From positions 29,202,001-29,266,000 of the forward strand of contig OX597836.1 of the NCBI GenBank assembly GCA_951406725.2: a stretch of DNA of 64,000 nt, written 5' to 3'. Each line of letters opens with the position of its first letter. The stretch's first letter is position 1. The notes under the pieces were generated by a model. The model did no database searches and had not been told where the DNA came from. It saw nothing but the letters and a program-made list of their open reading frames with translations. The translations under genes and the position numbers were made by a program. The DNA comes from Octopus vulgaris. Taxonomy: Eukaryota. Below are positions 22,440 to 35,625 of the stretch, piece by piece.

Positions 22440-24740
22440 TAAAATGCATAGACTAGTCATTAGTGACTTTAGACTCGAGGCAAGAAGGATGCCAAGAAGC
22501 AGACCAATCCAGAAAAGAAGGATTTGGAAGCTAAAGAACTCTTCACATGGTCAAAGATTTAGGGATATCCTCATCAAGAAATTTGATGAGAGGGAGGAGG
22601 AGCTACAGACCTAGAGAAAGCTTACTGAGAGCCACAGACCAAGTCTGCGGATGGTGCAAAGTCCCTTCCAGACATAGAGTAATGTGGTTGTGGAATAATA
22701 CAGTAGACATAGCCATTAGAGCAAAGAAACAGGCCTGGAAAGCCAGGAAGAGTGGGGGTTGCCAGGGAACTGTATCAGATAGCCAAAAAGGAAGCCAAGA
22801 GACAGATATATATAGCCAAGGGAGTAGAAGAAAATAAGAAGTTTGCCAATGTTCAGTGATGTGAGGACCGAAGTATTTCGGATTGCAAGACAGTGTGTGA
22901 AAGAGTGAGAGAAAATTGTGATGTCACAGGAGAGAAATGTGTCCGCATAGATGATGGTGCACTTTTAATGATTCTGAAAAGAAAGAGGCTTGAAGAAGCC
23001 ATTATGAAAAACTGCTGAACGTGGAGAATGAATTGGAGGAGGAGAGCCTGCCAAATGTTGACCCAGTAGAGGGACCAGCTATCCGAATAGACAGCATCTT
23101 GGTAGTTAAAGCAATTAAGGGTATGAAGCCAAGAAAACCCCCTGGCCCATCAGGAATCACTGCTGATATGCTTAAATCATCTGGTGGTGTGGGCTATGGC
23201 CTAGTCACCCCGTATTGTAAACCAGGTAGTTCATAATGGAGTCATATACAATGACTGGCGTAGCAGTACCATAGTCAACTTTAGATAGAAATAACTACAG
23301 GGGTATCGAACTGCTGGATCACGTGATGAAGGTCACAGAGAGGGTCATAACCCAACTAATTAGGGAGAGAGTCTGTTTAGATGAGATGCAGTTCAGTTTT
23401 GTACCAGGTAGAAGTACCACTGATGCTATTTTCCTGGTACGGCAACTGCAGGAGAAATACCTAGCCAAAGATAAACCCCTATACTTGGCTTTTGTGGACT
23501 TGGGGAAAGCCATTGACAGGGTTCCCCAATCCCTTATCTGGTGAGTGATGTGGAAACAGGGGATTGACGAATGGTTAATAAGGGCTGTACAGGCCCTATA
23601 CAGAGATGCCATGAGTAAGGTTAGGGTTGGCAATGAGTATAGTGAATAATTCCAGGTAGAAGTATGGGATCACCCCTCAGCCCCCTCTTATTCATCATAG
23701 TGCTCCAGTCAATAACAGAGGAATTGAAGGCAGGTTGCCCCTGGGAGCTCCTCTATGCTGATGACCTGGCCCTCAGACCAGAATCACTACCAGAGCTAGA
23801 GAAGAAATTACAGAGGTGGAAGCAAGTAAGTAAGCAGGCGAACACATCACACACCCCTTCAGGTAGGTGGTCCTGCTCGTGTAGAAAAGGTGTAGGTAGA
23901 AACGCCATAAGATGTACCCAGTGTAAGCTATGGACGCATAAAAGGTGCAGCAACATCAAAGGAAGATTAACCGGGAAGATAACTTTTGTCTGCGGTAGAT
24001 GCACAGGGGCAATAAACACCACAGATGCTCAGAGAACAGATTTCATCACATGCAAGGGGGAGAAATAGAAGTAGTTGATAGCTTCCACTACCTAGGTGAC
24101 CAAGTCTGGAGTGGGGGTTGATGCTCAGAGAGTGTTACCACTAGTATAAGAATTGCCTGAGCAAAGTTCAGACATCTTCTACCTCTACTCGTGACAAAGG
24201 GCCTCTTGCTCAGAGTGAAAGGTAGATTGTATGATGCATGTGTGCGAACTACCATGCTTCACGGCAGTGAAACATGGGCCTTGACTGCTGAAGACATGCG
24301 GAGGCTCGAAAGAAATGAAGCTAGCATGATCTGGATGTGTAATGTCAGTGTGCACACACGACAGAGTGTAAGCACCATGAGAGAAATGTTGGACATAAGA
24401 AGCATCAGATGTGGCCTGCAAGAGAGACGTTTGCGCTAGTATAGTCATGTACTATGGATGGACGAGGAGAGCTGTGTGAAGAGGTGCTACTCCCAAACAG
24501 TGGAAGGGATCCAGGGTAGAGGGAGACCCAGGAAGACATGGGATGAGGTGGTCAAGCATGACCTTCCAAAGTTGGGCTTCACAGAGGCAATGATGAAAGA
24601 CCTCTGGAGATATGTTGTGACTGAGAAGACCCAGGAAATAAAATGAGATCACAGCTGTAACCTACGCCAGTGTTGCATAACCAACCCACTCAAAAAGCAC
24701 CTTTGGATCGTAGGGCAACATGCTGTGCTAAAGGCATCTG
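22440..24740 (+). mobile_element. Decayed RTE-clade LINE (end of EN, RT, C-terminus)
   Basis: KPPGPSGITADML; DEMQFSFVPGRSTTDAIFLVRQLQEKY; AFVDLGKAIDRVP; GSPLSPLLF; LLYADDL; MLHGSETW; RGRGRPRKTW; many stops and frameshifts. Confidence 0.92.
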
Positions 24741-25719
24741 TAAAATGTAAAACTGCTGTTAGAGAAAAACCATTGTTCCACTGTTGGAACAATTCTGTTG
24801 CAGTGTTAATTTAAATTTGGCTGTAGTGGATCGAATCTACTTCATGCATGCAAGATCCACTACACACACACACACATATATATATATATACAGGCATAGG
24901 GGTAGCTATGTGGTAAGTAGCTTGCTTACCAACCACATGGTTTCGGGTTCTGTCCCACTGCGTGGCATCTTGGGTAAGTGCTTTCTACTATAGCCTCAGG
25001 CCAACCAAAGCCTTGTGAGTGGATTTATATATATATATAAATATATTCACGATGGGCTTCATTTGTTTTAGTTTCCGTTTAATAAATCCATTCACAAGGC
25101 TTTAGTCATCCTGAGGCTATAGAAGAAGACAGATGGCTAAGATGCCACGCAGTGGGACTGAAACTGGAACCATATGGTTGGAAAGCAAGCTTCTTATCAC
25201 AGGCCACACCTGCAATGATAAAAAAAGTTTCAAATATTTATTGCTTTTATTATATTATACCGATCTTTAATGTCTTCAGTAGTTTCACTTTCTGGATCAC
25301 AAAACGAAACTTTAATATTTACAGAAAATTAGCGGAGGACTTTCATTTAATTCTTCCAAATCTTTCTGTTAAAACTGCATTGAAATCATGTCGCACATCA
25401 CAAGGTTTAACAGAACCTACTGAAGCAAGTCAGCACGCTCGCAGCATCACCACAGGCGATGGTGAGTGGAAAATGTAACTGCAAAATTCATTTTAAAAAT
25501 ACACAATTATTTAGTAAGTTATTTAGAATCAATGTCGGGATGCAGGCCAAATTGGAATAATTAAATATACTTCCTGGTATACAAAAAAACAGGGATAGTT
25601 GTACCTGAAACAACTAGAGATTTACCTACACAGGCGTACCCCACCTCCAGCTTTGTTTTCTCACAACTTTCAGAAAAATAGATACATTTTAATGGAAATT
25701 CACTATTTTAGCAGCTGAT

Positions 25720-25770
25720 TTCTTCTTCTTCTTCTTCTTCTTCTTCTTCTTCTTCTTCTTCTTCTTCTTC
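25720..25770. repeat. (CTT)n microsatellite
   Basis: Pure ttc run. Confidence 0.95.
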
Positions 25771-26229
25771 CAATCAGGACTCATGCCATTAGCCACAAAG
25801 AATAATCTCTAATTCGAGCCTACTCAAAGCTACTAAGAATACGTGTGGCAACTTGAAGATCCACCCACGACACGCAATAGACTGGGGCGCGAAAGCTACG
25901 TTGTTATTCTCATTCCGTAAACGGTGGCTTTTTTAATGGGTGGAGAGATGAACCATCCTGGGGTACAGAGGATTCGCAATCTAGACTAGAGCCCCAAAGA
26001 TTACCACACCATGATGGGTTACACCATGGTTACTCTGCTTTGTGGCAGAAGTAAGAAGAAAGAGTGAGAGAAAGTTGTGGTGAAAGAGTACAGCGGGGTT
26101 CACCCCCCCACGCTGGAGCCTCGTGGAGCTTTCGTGTTTTTGCTCAATAAACACCCACAATGCCCGGTCTGGGAATCAAAACCGCATTCTTACGACCGCG
26201 AGTCCACTGGGCCATTGCACCTCCACAGC

Positions 26230-26480
26230 AGCTGATGTTTCTACTCTGCTGAACAGCTGTCGTACTTGATCTGTTTCATTAGATATGAGTGCTATGTCAT
26301 CTACGAAGACCCGGTCAGTGATGGTTACTGCTGGTGAAGTAAGAAGAGGAAAACGTTGTCACACATCGACAACTTGATTGCAAACACTGTCCTGGATAAT
26401 GTATCCAGGACCTCTAAGCAGTGATGGTCGCCCGAGATGTGTGGCGGACAGACTTTGTTGCTGCGGCCCAAGTTGGAAAG
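26230..26480 (-). pseudogene. Non-LTR RT fragment
   Basis: The minus strand reads PAVTITDRVFVDDIALISNETDQVRQLFSRVETSAA, an FADD-type motif in RTE-like context. Confidence 0.55.
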
Positions 26481-26573
26481 TGGCCATAATAAATAATAAT
26501 TAATGAAAATTTCTACAAACATCTTTCTGATGCAGTAGATTCCAATTATATCAGAATTTGTAGTGGAAACAAA

Positions 26574-26990
26574 GGATCTTTTCGGTTTGAACGGCAGTTT
26601 TTTCTAGCGGCGCCATATGAAATTGTCACCCATAATTATGACCCTAGTATCGATCTATTGCATTTCAGTCTGTTTTAGGGTTAGGGTTAGGGGTGGGAGA
26701 AGGGTATCTTTTTTTCTTCAGAAATGTAAATAAACCCAATCTGTTTCTTAAACGAGGGACATATTCATACGGCACAGAATGTTTTCACCTCAATAGACGT
26801 CACTGATTGGTTGAAATTGCAGAAATTGAAGAAAAAACAACAACAAATATCTTACAAACTATAGAATTTTCTCAATAAAGCCAAGAGAAAAAGATGTTTT
26901 ATAAACACATTCTACCAGTATACGAAGTTTAAAAGTGTTTAGTTATGTGGAAATTATTTTAAAAAACTGCCGTTCAAACCGAAAAGATCC
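26574..26990. mobile_element. GGATC-terminated MITE (Merlin-like)
   Basis: TIRs ggatcttttcggtttgaacggcagttttt / aaaaactgccgttcaaaccgaaaagatcc; perfect 8-bp TSD gaaacaaa; internal (TTAGGG)3. Confidence 0.9.
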
Positions 26991-27597
26991 GAAACAAATT
27001 TCGGAATTGGAGAAGAGTTGTCAATAATTCAGCAATCGACTTCGTTTCCTTATAATTTCCAGAGAAAAGATCTTTCGATTAAATTTTAATAACAAATACC
27101 TTTTAAGGTGGTGTAGATTACGATAATGTCAGAATTCAATGTGAATAATAATAATTTAAAAAAAGGTGGGCGCGTACACGTACATGTTCATAAACATCAC
27201 ATAATTTCTCAACGTTTCAAGTTTCATTTTGCAGATATAATATGCGACATGCGTCAATATGTATGTGTGCGCGCGTCCACCAATCTTTCTTTTGGCCTTA
27301 AATTCCGATATAATTATTATATATACCATTTGAGAGGTATTTGTAGAAAATTCCTTTAAAAAATACCCATTTTTCTCAAAGTTATGAGGAAACAAAGTCA
27401 GTAGTGGGGGATCACATATGAGAAGATAAGCCAAAAGACGGATGGTTGTGATTGAAACAATTTGATTAAAGGTCTACTCGATAGATCAAAGCCAATTTGC
27501 TACTAATTAACAAGTTACTTTAATCAATTAGTCGAGTTACATTTGTATATGAAAAGTATGAAAATAAAAAAAAAAAAATATCAAAACACACAAATTA

Positions 27598-27607
27598 ATG
27601 ACGTCAT
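27598..27607. promoter_or_regulatory. Palindromic CRE (ATGACGTCAT) upstream of Mff
   Basis: Perfect CREB/ATF site TGACGTCA about 215 bp upstream of the proposed ATG, in unique sequence. Confidence 0.5.
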
Positions 27608-27819
27608 CAAATTATGTGTTTATGTTTAGCCGAACATTGTGGAAGTGATTTTGCATAAAATAATGCTATTGATAAAGGAGATATATATTTGAAGGTTTAA
27701 GTCCCGTAAAAAAAGGAAGCTTAATTTATGATTTTGAACTAAATTATTGAGTCACTATATCAATACATTAGATCCTGGTTTGTGTTATGTTAATCGTATA
27801 TCACTGAAGAGATCGAATT

Positions 27820-27861
27820 ATGTCGGAAACCTCAGCTTTGGACGTCGAGCCTTCAACCGAG
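27820..27861 (+). CDS. MFF: Mitochondrial fission factor, probable first coding exon (MSETSALDVEPSTE)
   Basis: ATG plus 13 codons, then a strong GAG|gtgagt donor; phase 0 matches the next exon; the link across 8.7 kb is inferred. Confidence 0.65.
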
Positions 27862-28279
27862 GTGAGTGTGGAATCAATAAAAGCTCTCTTATTTTACTTA
27901 TTAATTACGACCTTGTTTGTTTATATATATATATATATATACATATATATTTGTATCTGATGGTAATATTATTATTATTATTATTATTGTGGGTTTTTGC
28001 CAGTATGCAGGTTGTATAATAATAAATTTCTAGATCAGAAATTTTTCTCTGACCGAAATTTCTTCCTTCTGTAATAATAATAATAATAATAATGTTGCTT
28101 CCGACTCTTTCTCAAAGAAGGTGGTTTCCATTGTCGAAGACAAAAAAAGACCTTTTTGACTTACGATTTGACATTCGAACACAATGTCATGGTTTAAAAT
28201 AATTACAAGAATTATACTGCATGAAAATATTACACTTTATTTAGCCCGTTATGATAATGAACTTGTTATTTTTGCTGTC

Positions 28280-28291
28280 ATATACATACAT

Positions 28292-28337
<46 letters not shown>

Positions 28338-28480
28338 ATATATATATATATATATGTGTGTGTGTATATATATATGTGTGTATATATATATATATATGTG
28401 TGTATATATATATATATATGTGTGTGTATATATATATGTGTGTGTGTGTATATATGCGTGTATATATATATATGTGTGTG

Positions 28481-28523
<43 letters not shown>

Positions 28524-28640
28524 GTGTGTGTGTATATATATATATATATGTGTGTGTGTATATATGTGTGTGTGTGTGTGTATGATGTATATATATGTAT
28601 ATATATGTGTGTGTGTGTATATATTTATACACACACACGT
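28280..28640. repeat. Compound (TA)n/(TG)n microsatellite in Mff intron 1
   Basis: Directly visible. Similar tracts at 2950-3250, 56045-56205 and 61930-62010. Confidence 0.95.
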
Positions 28641-28902
28641 ACACATGTATATTTATATAGTACACATACATATACGCTAGAGATGCTAGAAACAGAAACC
28701 AAATTGTCCCCGAGATCATACTCCTCCCTGCTTTTTAAATAAAGGAAGGACATGCAATTGTACTCATAGACGTACACCTCAATGACAGGAACGTCTTGAC
28801 CGGAATGTTGTTTTTCTTTTAATCACAGAGAGGTCGGAGAAAGCGAAACCGTGGAACTAAACACTAATTTACCATTAATTGCATTTATTATACACATATT
28901 TA

Positions 28903-28952
28903 GGCGATCATATGGCGATCTTGGAAAGGTCTACTAGAGACGAAAGATTGCC
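28903..28952. mobile_element. 50-bp remnant of the GGC-terminated MITE family
   Basis: Both termini (ggcgatc / gaaagattgcc) are retained between a perfect 8-bp TSD, catattta. Confidence 0.8.
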
Positions 28953-30386
28953 CATATTTATTACACACACGTAGGATAACTAAACTCTACATTCTATTTT
29001 GGTACATTGGTGGATTTATTGATTGCACTCGTGACAGTAATAATAAACTATAAGAATTATTTAAAATTACATAATCAGCGTTTAAATATCTGCAAATTCT
29101 TCATTTTCGGACACCTCAACAAAAGTGTCTCGGGAAAAGCTTCGGATATATTCTTCATTCAATATATATAGATAATCTCGGTGTTTTGCTAAATACGGAA
29201 TAATATATAAAATCAAACTATGATTATTTCGAACACTTCTTGGGGACATCTGTTTCTTCTCATTGCACTCTGCAGAAAGCTGAGAGAGCACTTAATGGAA
29301 TTGGCGTTTGGTAGCTGGAAACTGTGCAGAAGCCCGCCGAATGTATTAATTACACTAGGCTTCACAGTTTTCCCCATTTGTTTTTAGATATTTGGACGCA
29401 TTGCAGATTGTACTTTTAACCAACAGGCCGATGTTACCGCTAGCTAACCTAACATAAAATGCAACGATAGTCTGATGTTACCGCTGTTTATTTTTCTTGT
29501 TTAACCACAGGTCGTCCCGGATCCAGTAGACCTGTAATCGAAAACATTTTTGTTATCAGACATAACGTACTTTGGACTACACTTTCTTGTGTGATATTTC
29601 TTTCTTAAGACCATAGGGTGCGATTTAAGGGGAAGATTTGGCTGTTATTTCTAGTCCTTGGTCCAGTAGACCTATAATCAAAGACAGCTTTTTCAAGATT
29701 CAAGCATAGCGTACTTCGGACTGCACTTTTTTGTGTGACCTTTCTTTCTTAAGACCACAAGATGCAATTTAGGGGCAGATGTAGCTGTTATATCTGGTAT
29801 ATTAAATGACTATTCAGAAGCTCCTTGCGTGGTTAGTTGTTGCTATCTTTGAAGATGGTAAAATTAACTCGGGCATGCTTAATTTTCGCGGTTATCTCCC
29901 GGTGACATTGCCGCTAGAAATTAAGTTATGCTAAGCTTAACACCTTGCGAAGTGCATCCAAAAATTGAGTAAGATTTTCAGTTTTAGCTCATTTAATATT
30001 TGTGGAATTTGAATCAGTTCTGAGCCTAGCAAGACATCATTATCTGCATAATTACTACTTAGAAGGGTTAACAAGCATCCTTTGTGTAACAATTCGACTT
30101 CTGACGTAATATGGAATGCGTGGACCACACACGGCGGCGGCCACTGTATATGAACGTGTTTTCTGTACGCGAGCCAGTTCAACCTGATACCACCGCATTC
30201 TACCATCTTAATAATGGTGTATCTACACAAGTGTACCCCTTCCCCTCTGAAAAAGAGTTTTCGCAACAAATTCCGACATCATCCGAAAGGTATTTGTCGA
30301 AAATATTATTTCAAAAAATGTCCATTTTCTGAAAGTTATTTGGAAACAAAATCGGACGGGTATACTTGTGTAGGTATGCTCTACAC

Positions 30387-30664
30387 CGGTGGTTCCCAAA
30401 CTTTATCAGGCTGCTGCTCCCTTGGCACCCAGCCCACGTTCCTAGCGCCTCACCACCACTTGCCACCATAAACGTAGACCACTTTCTGCAAAAAATTCAA
30501 AACATCTGTATTTTACAAATAAAACTTATCCCTATTAATCCATTATTTTATTGTTTTTACATCCATTTGGCCACCCCATTATCTTCCCACTTTTCTTCAA
30601 TGCCCACCTGGAGCTTTCTACAATATCCGGCAAAGGGCAGTACTGCTCACTTTGGGAACCACTT
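30387..30664. mobile_element. hAT-type MITE
   Basis: TIRs cggtggttcccaaa / tttgggaaccactt; 8-bp TSD ctctacac. Confidence 0.8.
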
Positions 30665-31178
30665 CTCTACACAAAAATAGGTTCAGTAATTCAATTTACG
30701 GCATCACTTTTTACTTTTGTCACTGATGCTGAATGACAAAGTTGAAGTTGATATCCTTAACCGATGTATCTTGAGATAATGTCATCCTCATCATTATTTT
30801 CACCTTCATTTTTTCATGCTTGCATGGGCCAGACGAAATTTGTTGAGTCAGATTTTCTATAGCCCTATGGCCTTCCTGTTGTCAACCCTTTCTTGCTTCC
30901 TGACCTGACATATTTTCAGAGAAACTTGGAAACAAAGGACACCTCTTGTATGATGGTGACTCTCGTTTACAACAGTCAAGAGATGTTAGTATGAGGCAGT
31001 AACACATGCATGCAAGTACTTGTGACAGACCTCTTTCAGTTTCATATACATGGCAGTGTGGTAAAAAGCTTGGGTTCAGTCCCACTGCATTGTACCTTGG
31101 GCAAGTGTCTTCTACGATAGCCTTGGGTGAACCAAAGCCCTGTGAGTGGTGGACAGAAACTGAAAGAAGCCTTTCATT

Positions 31179-31214
<36 letters not shown>

Positions 31215-32168
31215 TACATATCTGTGTGTTTGTGTCTGTTTGTCCCCCCATTATTGTTTGATGACAGGTGTTGGTTTGTTTATACCCCTGTAACTTAGCA
31301 GTTCTACAAAAGAGACTGATAAAATAAGTACTAGGCTTTAAAAAAGTAAGTCCTGGGGTCAATTTATTTGACTGAAACAAGAATAAAAGATAGAATACAT
31401 GCACCCATAAATATGTACAAATACAGACACAGCCCTCAATAAAGACCTGGTTGTGTGATTAAGAAGGTCACTTCACAACCATGTGGTTTCGAGTTCTGTC
31501 CCACTGTGGAACACCTTGGGCAAGTGTCTTCTACTGTAGCCTAAAACTTAATTTAATCACTTTTAGCAAACCGTTGTGCTAAGTTCCTTATTTGGGGAAA
31601 TATTTTTGTTATGTTTACGAGGTCCTTATTCTTATAATTATTGCATATAAATCTGCATGAAAAATGCTATAATTAAATTAATGTTAGCATGTTTAATGCA
31701 TGGAACCTGGAAGAAAAATGCAGTGAGATAAAAATGTTTTGCTCATTGACTAATATCTTGGCAGTCTTCTGGAACACAAATCTCTGACTGCATGTCCTAC
31801 ACAAAGGAAATGTTTTCACCTCTGCTCTCCTTTCTCATCTATATTCCTCTCTTCCACTGATGCCCACTGATAATTTTACCTCTCTGATTTTCATTTAGGT
31901 GTGATGTAACCCCTTACATTGGAGTGAACTCATTCAGTCTAGGACCAATAAATATTTCAAAAATATAACCGATATCAAGTGAAGAGAGCTCTTTCTGATT
32001 CCCACTCGGGAGAGTTGTGGCTCTTTACGATATAATGAAGGTAAACCATTTAAAAGCTTAGACTCACTGAAAGGACTGATGTATAGTCGAGTCTTGTTCG
32101 ATAACTTCTTTTCTAATGGATCCTCAAAAAAAACAAAACATACTGTCAGTTGCTATTACAGTGAAAAA

Positions 32169-32700
32169 GTGGAGGTATGTGGCTTAGTGGTTAGGGTGTT
32201 GGACTCATTGCCATAAGATTGTGGTTTCAATTTGTAGACTGGGCGACGTGTTATGTTCTTGAGCAAAACACTTCATTTCAGGTTGCTCCAGTCCACTCAG
32301 CTAGCATAAATGAGTAATCCTGTGGTGGACCAGCCTCCTGTACAGATGGGGTATTTATGCGTCATGGAAACTAGGAAACCAGCAAGGAAGTGCATTGGGA
32401 ACAGTGGTGTATAACAACATCTGATAGTGTTTGGTTTTTATAGTGACACATACAGTGGAGACATGTGGCTTAGTGATTAAGGTGTTCGACTCATTGCCAT
32501 AAGATTGTGGTTTTGATTCCTGGACCAGGCGATGTGTTGTGTTCTTGAGCAAAACACTTCACTTCATGTTGCTTCAGTCCACTCAGCTGGCAAAAATGAG
32601 TAATCCTGTGACACAGACTGGTGCCCCATCCGTGTGGGGATGAAACTGGGAGACTGACCCTTATGAGTCAGTATGACTTGAAAAGGTAACTTTACCTTTT
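32169..32700 (+). mobile_element. Two tandem tRNA-derived SINEs (family C/D head)
   Basis: Two heads gtggag..atgtggcttagtg.tta.ggtgtt.gactc...gtggttt at about 32169 and 32455. Confidence 0.7.
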
Positions 32701-32824
32701 TTACCCTATCACAGCAAATATTTCAGTATACAGCGATGTTGGTTCTATTAATGCAGCTGCTGGCATCAAACTCATGGGTGTTGGTGCTACACGAATTTGG
32801 GTCGTTATTTGGTTTAAACACTCA

Positions 32825-33050
32825 ACCCTTTCATTACCGTATTTATTTTGAGGTGCTCTGTGTTTCTTTCAATTAATTTTAAATATAACAAAGAATTTAG
32901 TAAAATAACTTAGTTATCATAAAGCTAGTGTTAGCAACATAAATTGTGACTAAGGTTTGGTGGAAGATTTTAATTCTAAACTTGTGAAAACAAGACATTT
33001 GTACTAGAAATCCAGAGGCAGTTTCAGCTGGGTTGGTATTGAAAGAGTTA
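32825..33050. mobile_element. piggyBac-type MITE (same family as 36100-36320)
   Basis: ccctttcattaccgtatttattttgag...gaaagagttaa; related copies at about 48920-49085 and 63495-63697. Confidence 0.7.
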
Positions 33051-35057
33051 AACTGTCATTATTCTGCTTTTTTTTAGTAAAATATTGGTTTCAATTCAGT
33101 ATTGTAGATAAATTAATAAAGCTGGAAAGGTGATAGGAATATTAAACTATAGGTGAATTGATATGTACAAGAAGTGAAGTACATTTTTTTATATAGGCTC
33201 AGGGTATAGCTGTGTGGTAAGTAGTTTGTTTCCCAACCACATGATTTCAGGTTCAGTCCCAATGCATGACACTTGGGGTGTTTTCTTACTATAGCCCTGA
33301 ACTGACCAAAGCCTTGTGAGTGGATGAGTGGATTTGGAAACAAAAACTGAAATAAGCCTGTCGTGTGTGTGTGTGTGTGTGTGTGTCTTCCATCACTACT
33401 CGACAACCACTATTGGTTTGTTATGTTTCCTTAACTTTGCTGTTCGGCAAAAGGGACTGACAGAATAAGTACCAGACTTTGTGAAAAAAAAAAAAATGCA
33501 CTGGGATTGATTTGTTCGAGTAAAACCCTTCAAGTTGGTGTCTCTGTATGGCTGCAATCCAATAACTGAACCCAATACAAGATGGAAGATATGTGGGTGA
33601 AACTGATTATAGAAGAAGAACTGAGATGTAACTTCATTTGGTTGGATTAACAATTGGGAACGGAACAAATCTCACTGAAGTATCTATCGAACATCATCAT
33701 TAAATGTCCTCTTTTCTATGCTTGCATGGTTCAAATGGAGTTGGTTGAGGCAGATTTTCTACAGTTGGATGCCCTTCCTGTCACCAACCCTCACCTGTTT
33801 CCAAGTAAAGTAACATTTTCCCATGAGCAGATGTTTTCACAAATGATTGGAAACAGGATACAGTTTATAACTATCATGATCTCAAGGCAAAGAGGCAATA
33901 ACGTGCATGCACACACACACACACACACTGATGGACTTCTTTCAATTTCCATTTACCAAATTCACTCACAAGGCTTTGGTCAGCCTGGAGCTATAGTAGA
34001 AGTCACTAACCTAAATACCATGCAGTGGGACTGAACCTGGAACCATGTGGTTGAAAAACAAACTTCTTACTACACTGCCATACCTGCACTTTATATCTTA
34101 GACAAATGAAATACAAATAATATCGAAGGAATTATATGTCTGTTAGTGGTTTTTGACTCTTCAACATTCAGATTACTGTGTCAAATGTAATGCTCATTTA
34201 TTCACATTGTTTTAAACTAATCTTGCATTATCTTGTAGCTTCAAGATTTCAGTGATCTAATTATTTTTACAATGACATTATAGGGTTGGTGTGAGAGGCC
34301 AGAACTGGCCAGTTTGAACATAAAACAGGTTGAATATTTGAGCTGCATATGACTGGTTTAAATGCTATCAAGTTTACCTTTGCCCTTCATTTGAATGAAA
34401 ATCAGTTAAGGTCCTTAGAACTTACTATCTGCAGTTTACACCAATAAACATGATTTTCCCTCCTAAAACGGGGCTTGATTTTGCATATCCCATAGCAGTC
34501 TTAATCATATATCTCTTGCTTCTGTTTTTTTTTTTTTTTTGAAGTAGTACTTTACAGCCAGATGCCCTTCTTGGTACCGACTCTTTATATTGCTTCTTAT
34601 GGAAGACAGGGATCCAGTACATCTAGTTTAAAAGCTGAAACTGTTTTGTGAAAATATTAAGCTGAAGTTCAACCTTGTTAGGGCTCATTGTGTTTGGTGC
34701 AATGCAAACCGTGCATGTTCTCTTATGAGAGTGTATAAATCTGTGTAGTTGTGCAGTTAATAATCAGATATTTTAGAATTATCGACCCCATAAAATTGCA
34801 TGGTGGCCTCTATTATCAATTCCATGAGTGATAGCGGTTATTTATATCAACCGTTACACAAATGGGTACAAAATCACAGCAGATAGGGCTGCGTATATTT
34901 TCATCATCTGATTCAAAGCGAGTACACAGCGCTCGTAAATTTACATCAACCGATATTATGGGGTTAGACACATTCCTGGCAGCTGGTATATACATATTAA
35001 TTGCTAGTAGGGACACTGTATTTTATGATGCAACCATAATATACTGCCAAGTATATT

Positions 35058-35401
35058 CTTTTCTACTCTAGGCACAAGGCCCGAAATTTTGGGGGAGGGG
35101 GCCAGTCAATGAGATCGACCCCAGTATAGGTACTTAATTTATTGACCCCGAAAGGATGAAAGGCAAGGTCGACTCAGAACATAAAGACAGACGAAATACC
35201 TATTTCTTTACAACCCACAGAGAGGACAAACAAGGACAGACAAACGGATTAAGTTGATTATATCGACCCCAGTGCATAACTGGTACTTATTTAATCGACA
35301 CCGAAAGGATGAAAGGCAAAGTCGACCTTGGCGGAATTTGAACTCAGAACGTAAAGACAGACTAAATACTGCTAAGCATTTTGCCCAGCTTGCCACCTTA
35401 A
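35058..35401 (-). mobile_element. Composite (dimeric) SINE family B with TSD
   Basis: 15-bp TSD actgccaagtatatt (35043-35057 and 35402-35416); two partial family B units inside, with the same layout at 21080-21392. Confidence 0.8.
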
Positions 35402-35474
35402 ACTGCCAAGTATATTAAAGGCTTTATAAGTAAATACTGTCCTACATGGTAGCAATGTGTTTGTGAAAGATTAA

Positions 35475-35625
35475 TGGGTGTGGTTGGCGTTAGGAAAGGC
35501 ATCTAGCTGTAGAAACACTGCCAGATCAGACTGGAGCCTGGTGCAGCCACCTGGCTTCCCAGATCCAGTCGAACCGTCCAACCCATGCTAGCATGGAAAA
35601 CGGATGTTAAACGATGATGATGATG
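35475..35625 (+). mobile_element. RTE-type 3' tail repeat ending in (GAT)n
   Basis: ggttggcgttaggaaaggcatc...aacccatgctagcatggaaaacgga..(gat)n; copies at about 37160-37242, 37920-37978, 43890-44107, and on the minus strand at 33690-33800. Confidence 0.7.

Noticed and set aside
29082-29291. 69-aa minus-strand ORF in Mff intron 1
   Set aside because: There is no supporting exon structure, and ILNEEY..SRDTF resembles a decayed mariner HTH segment.
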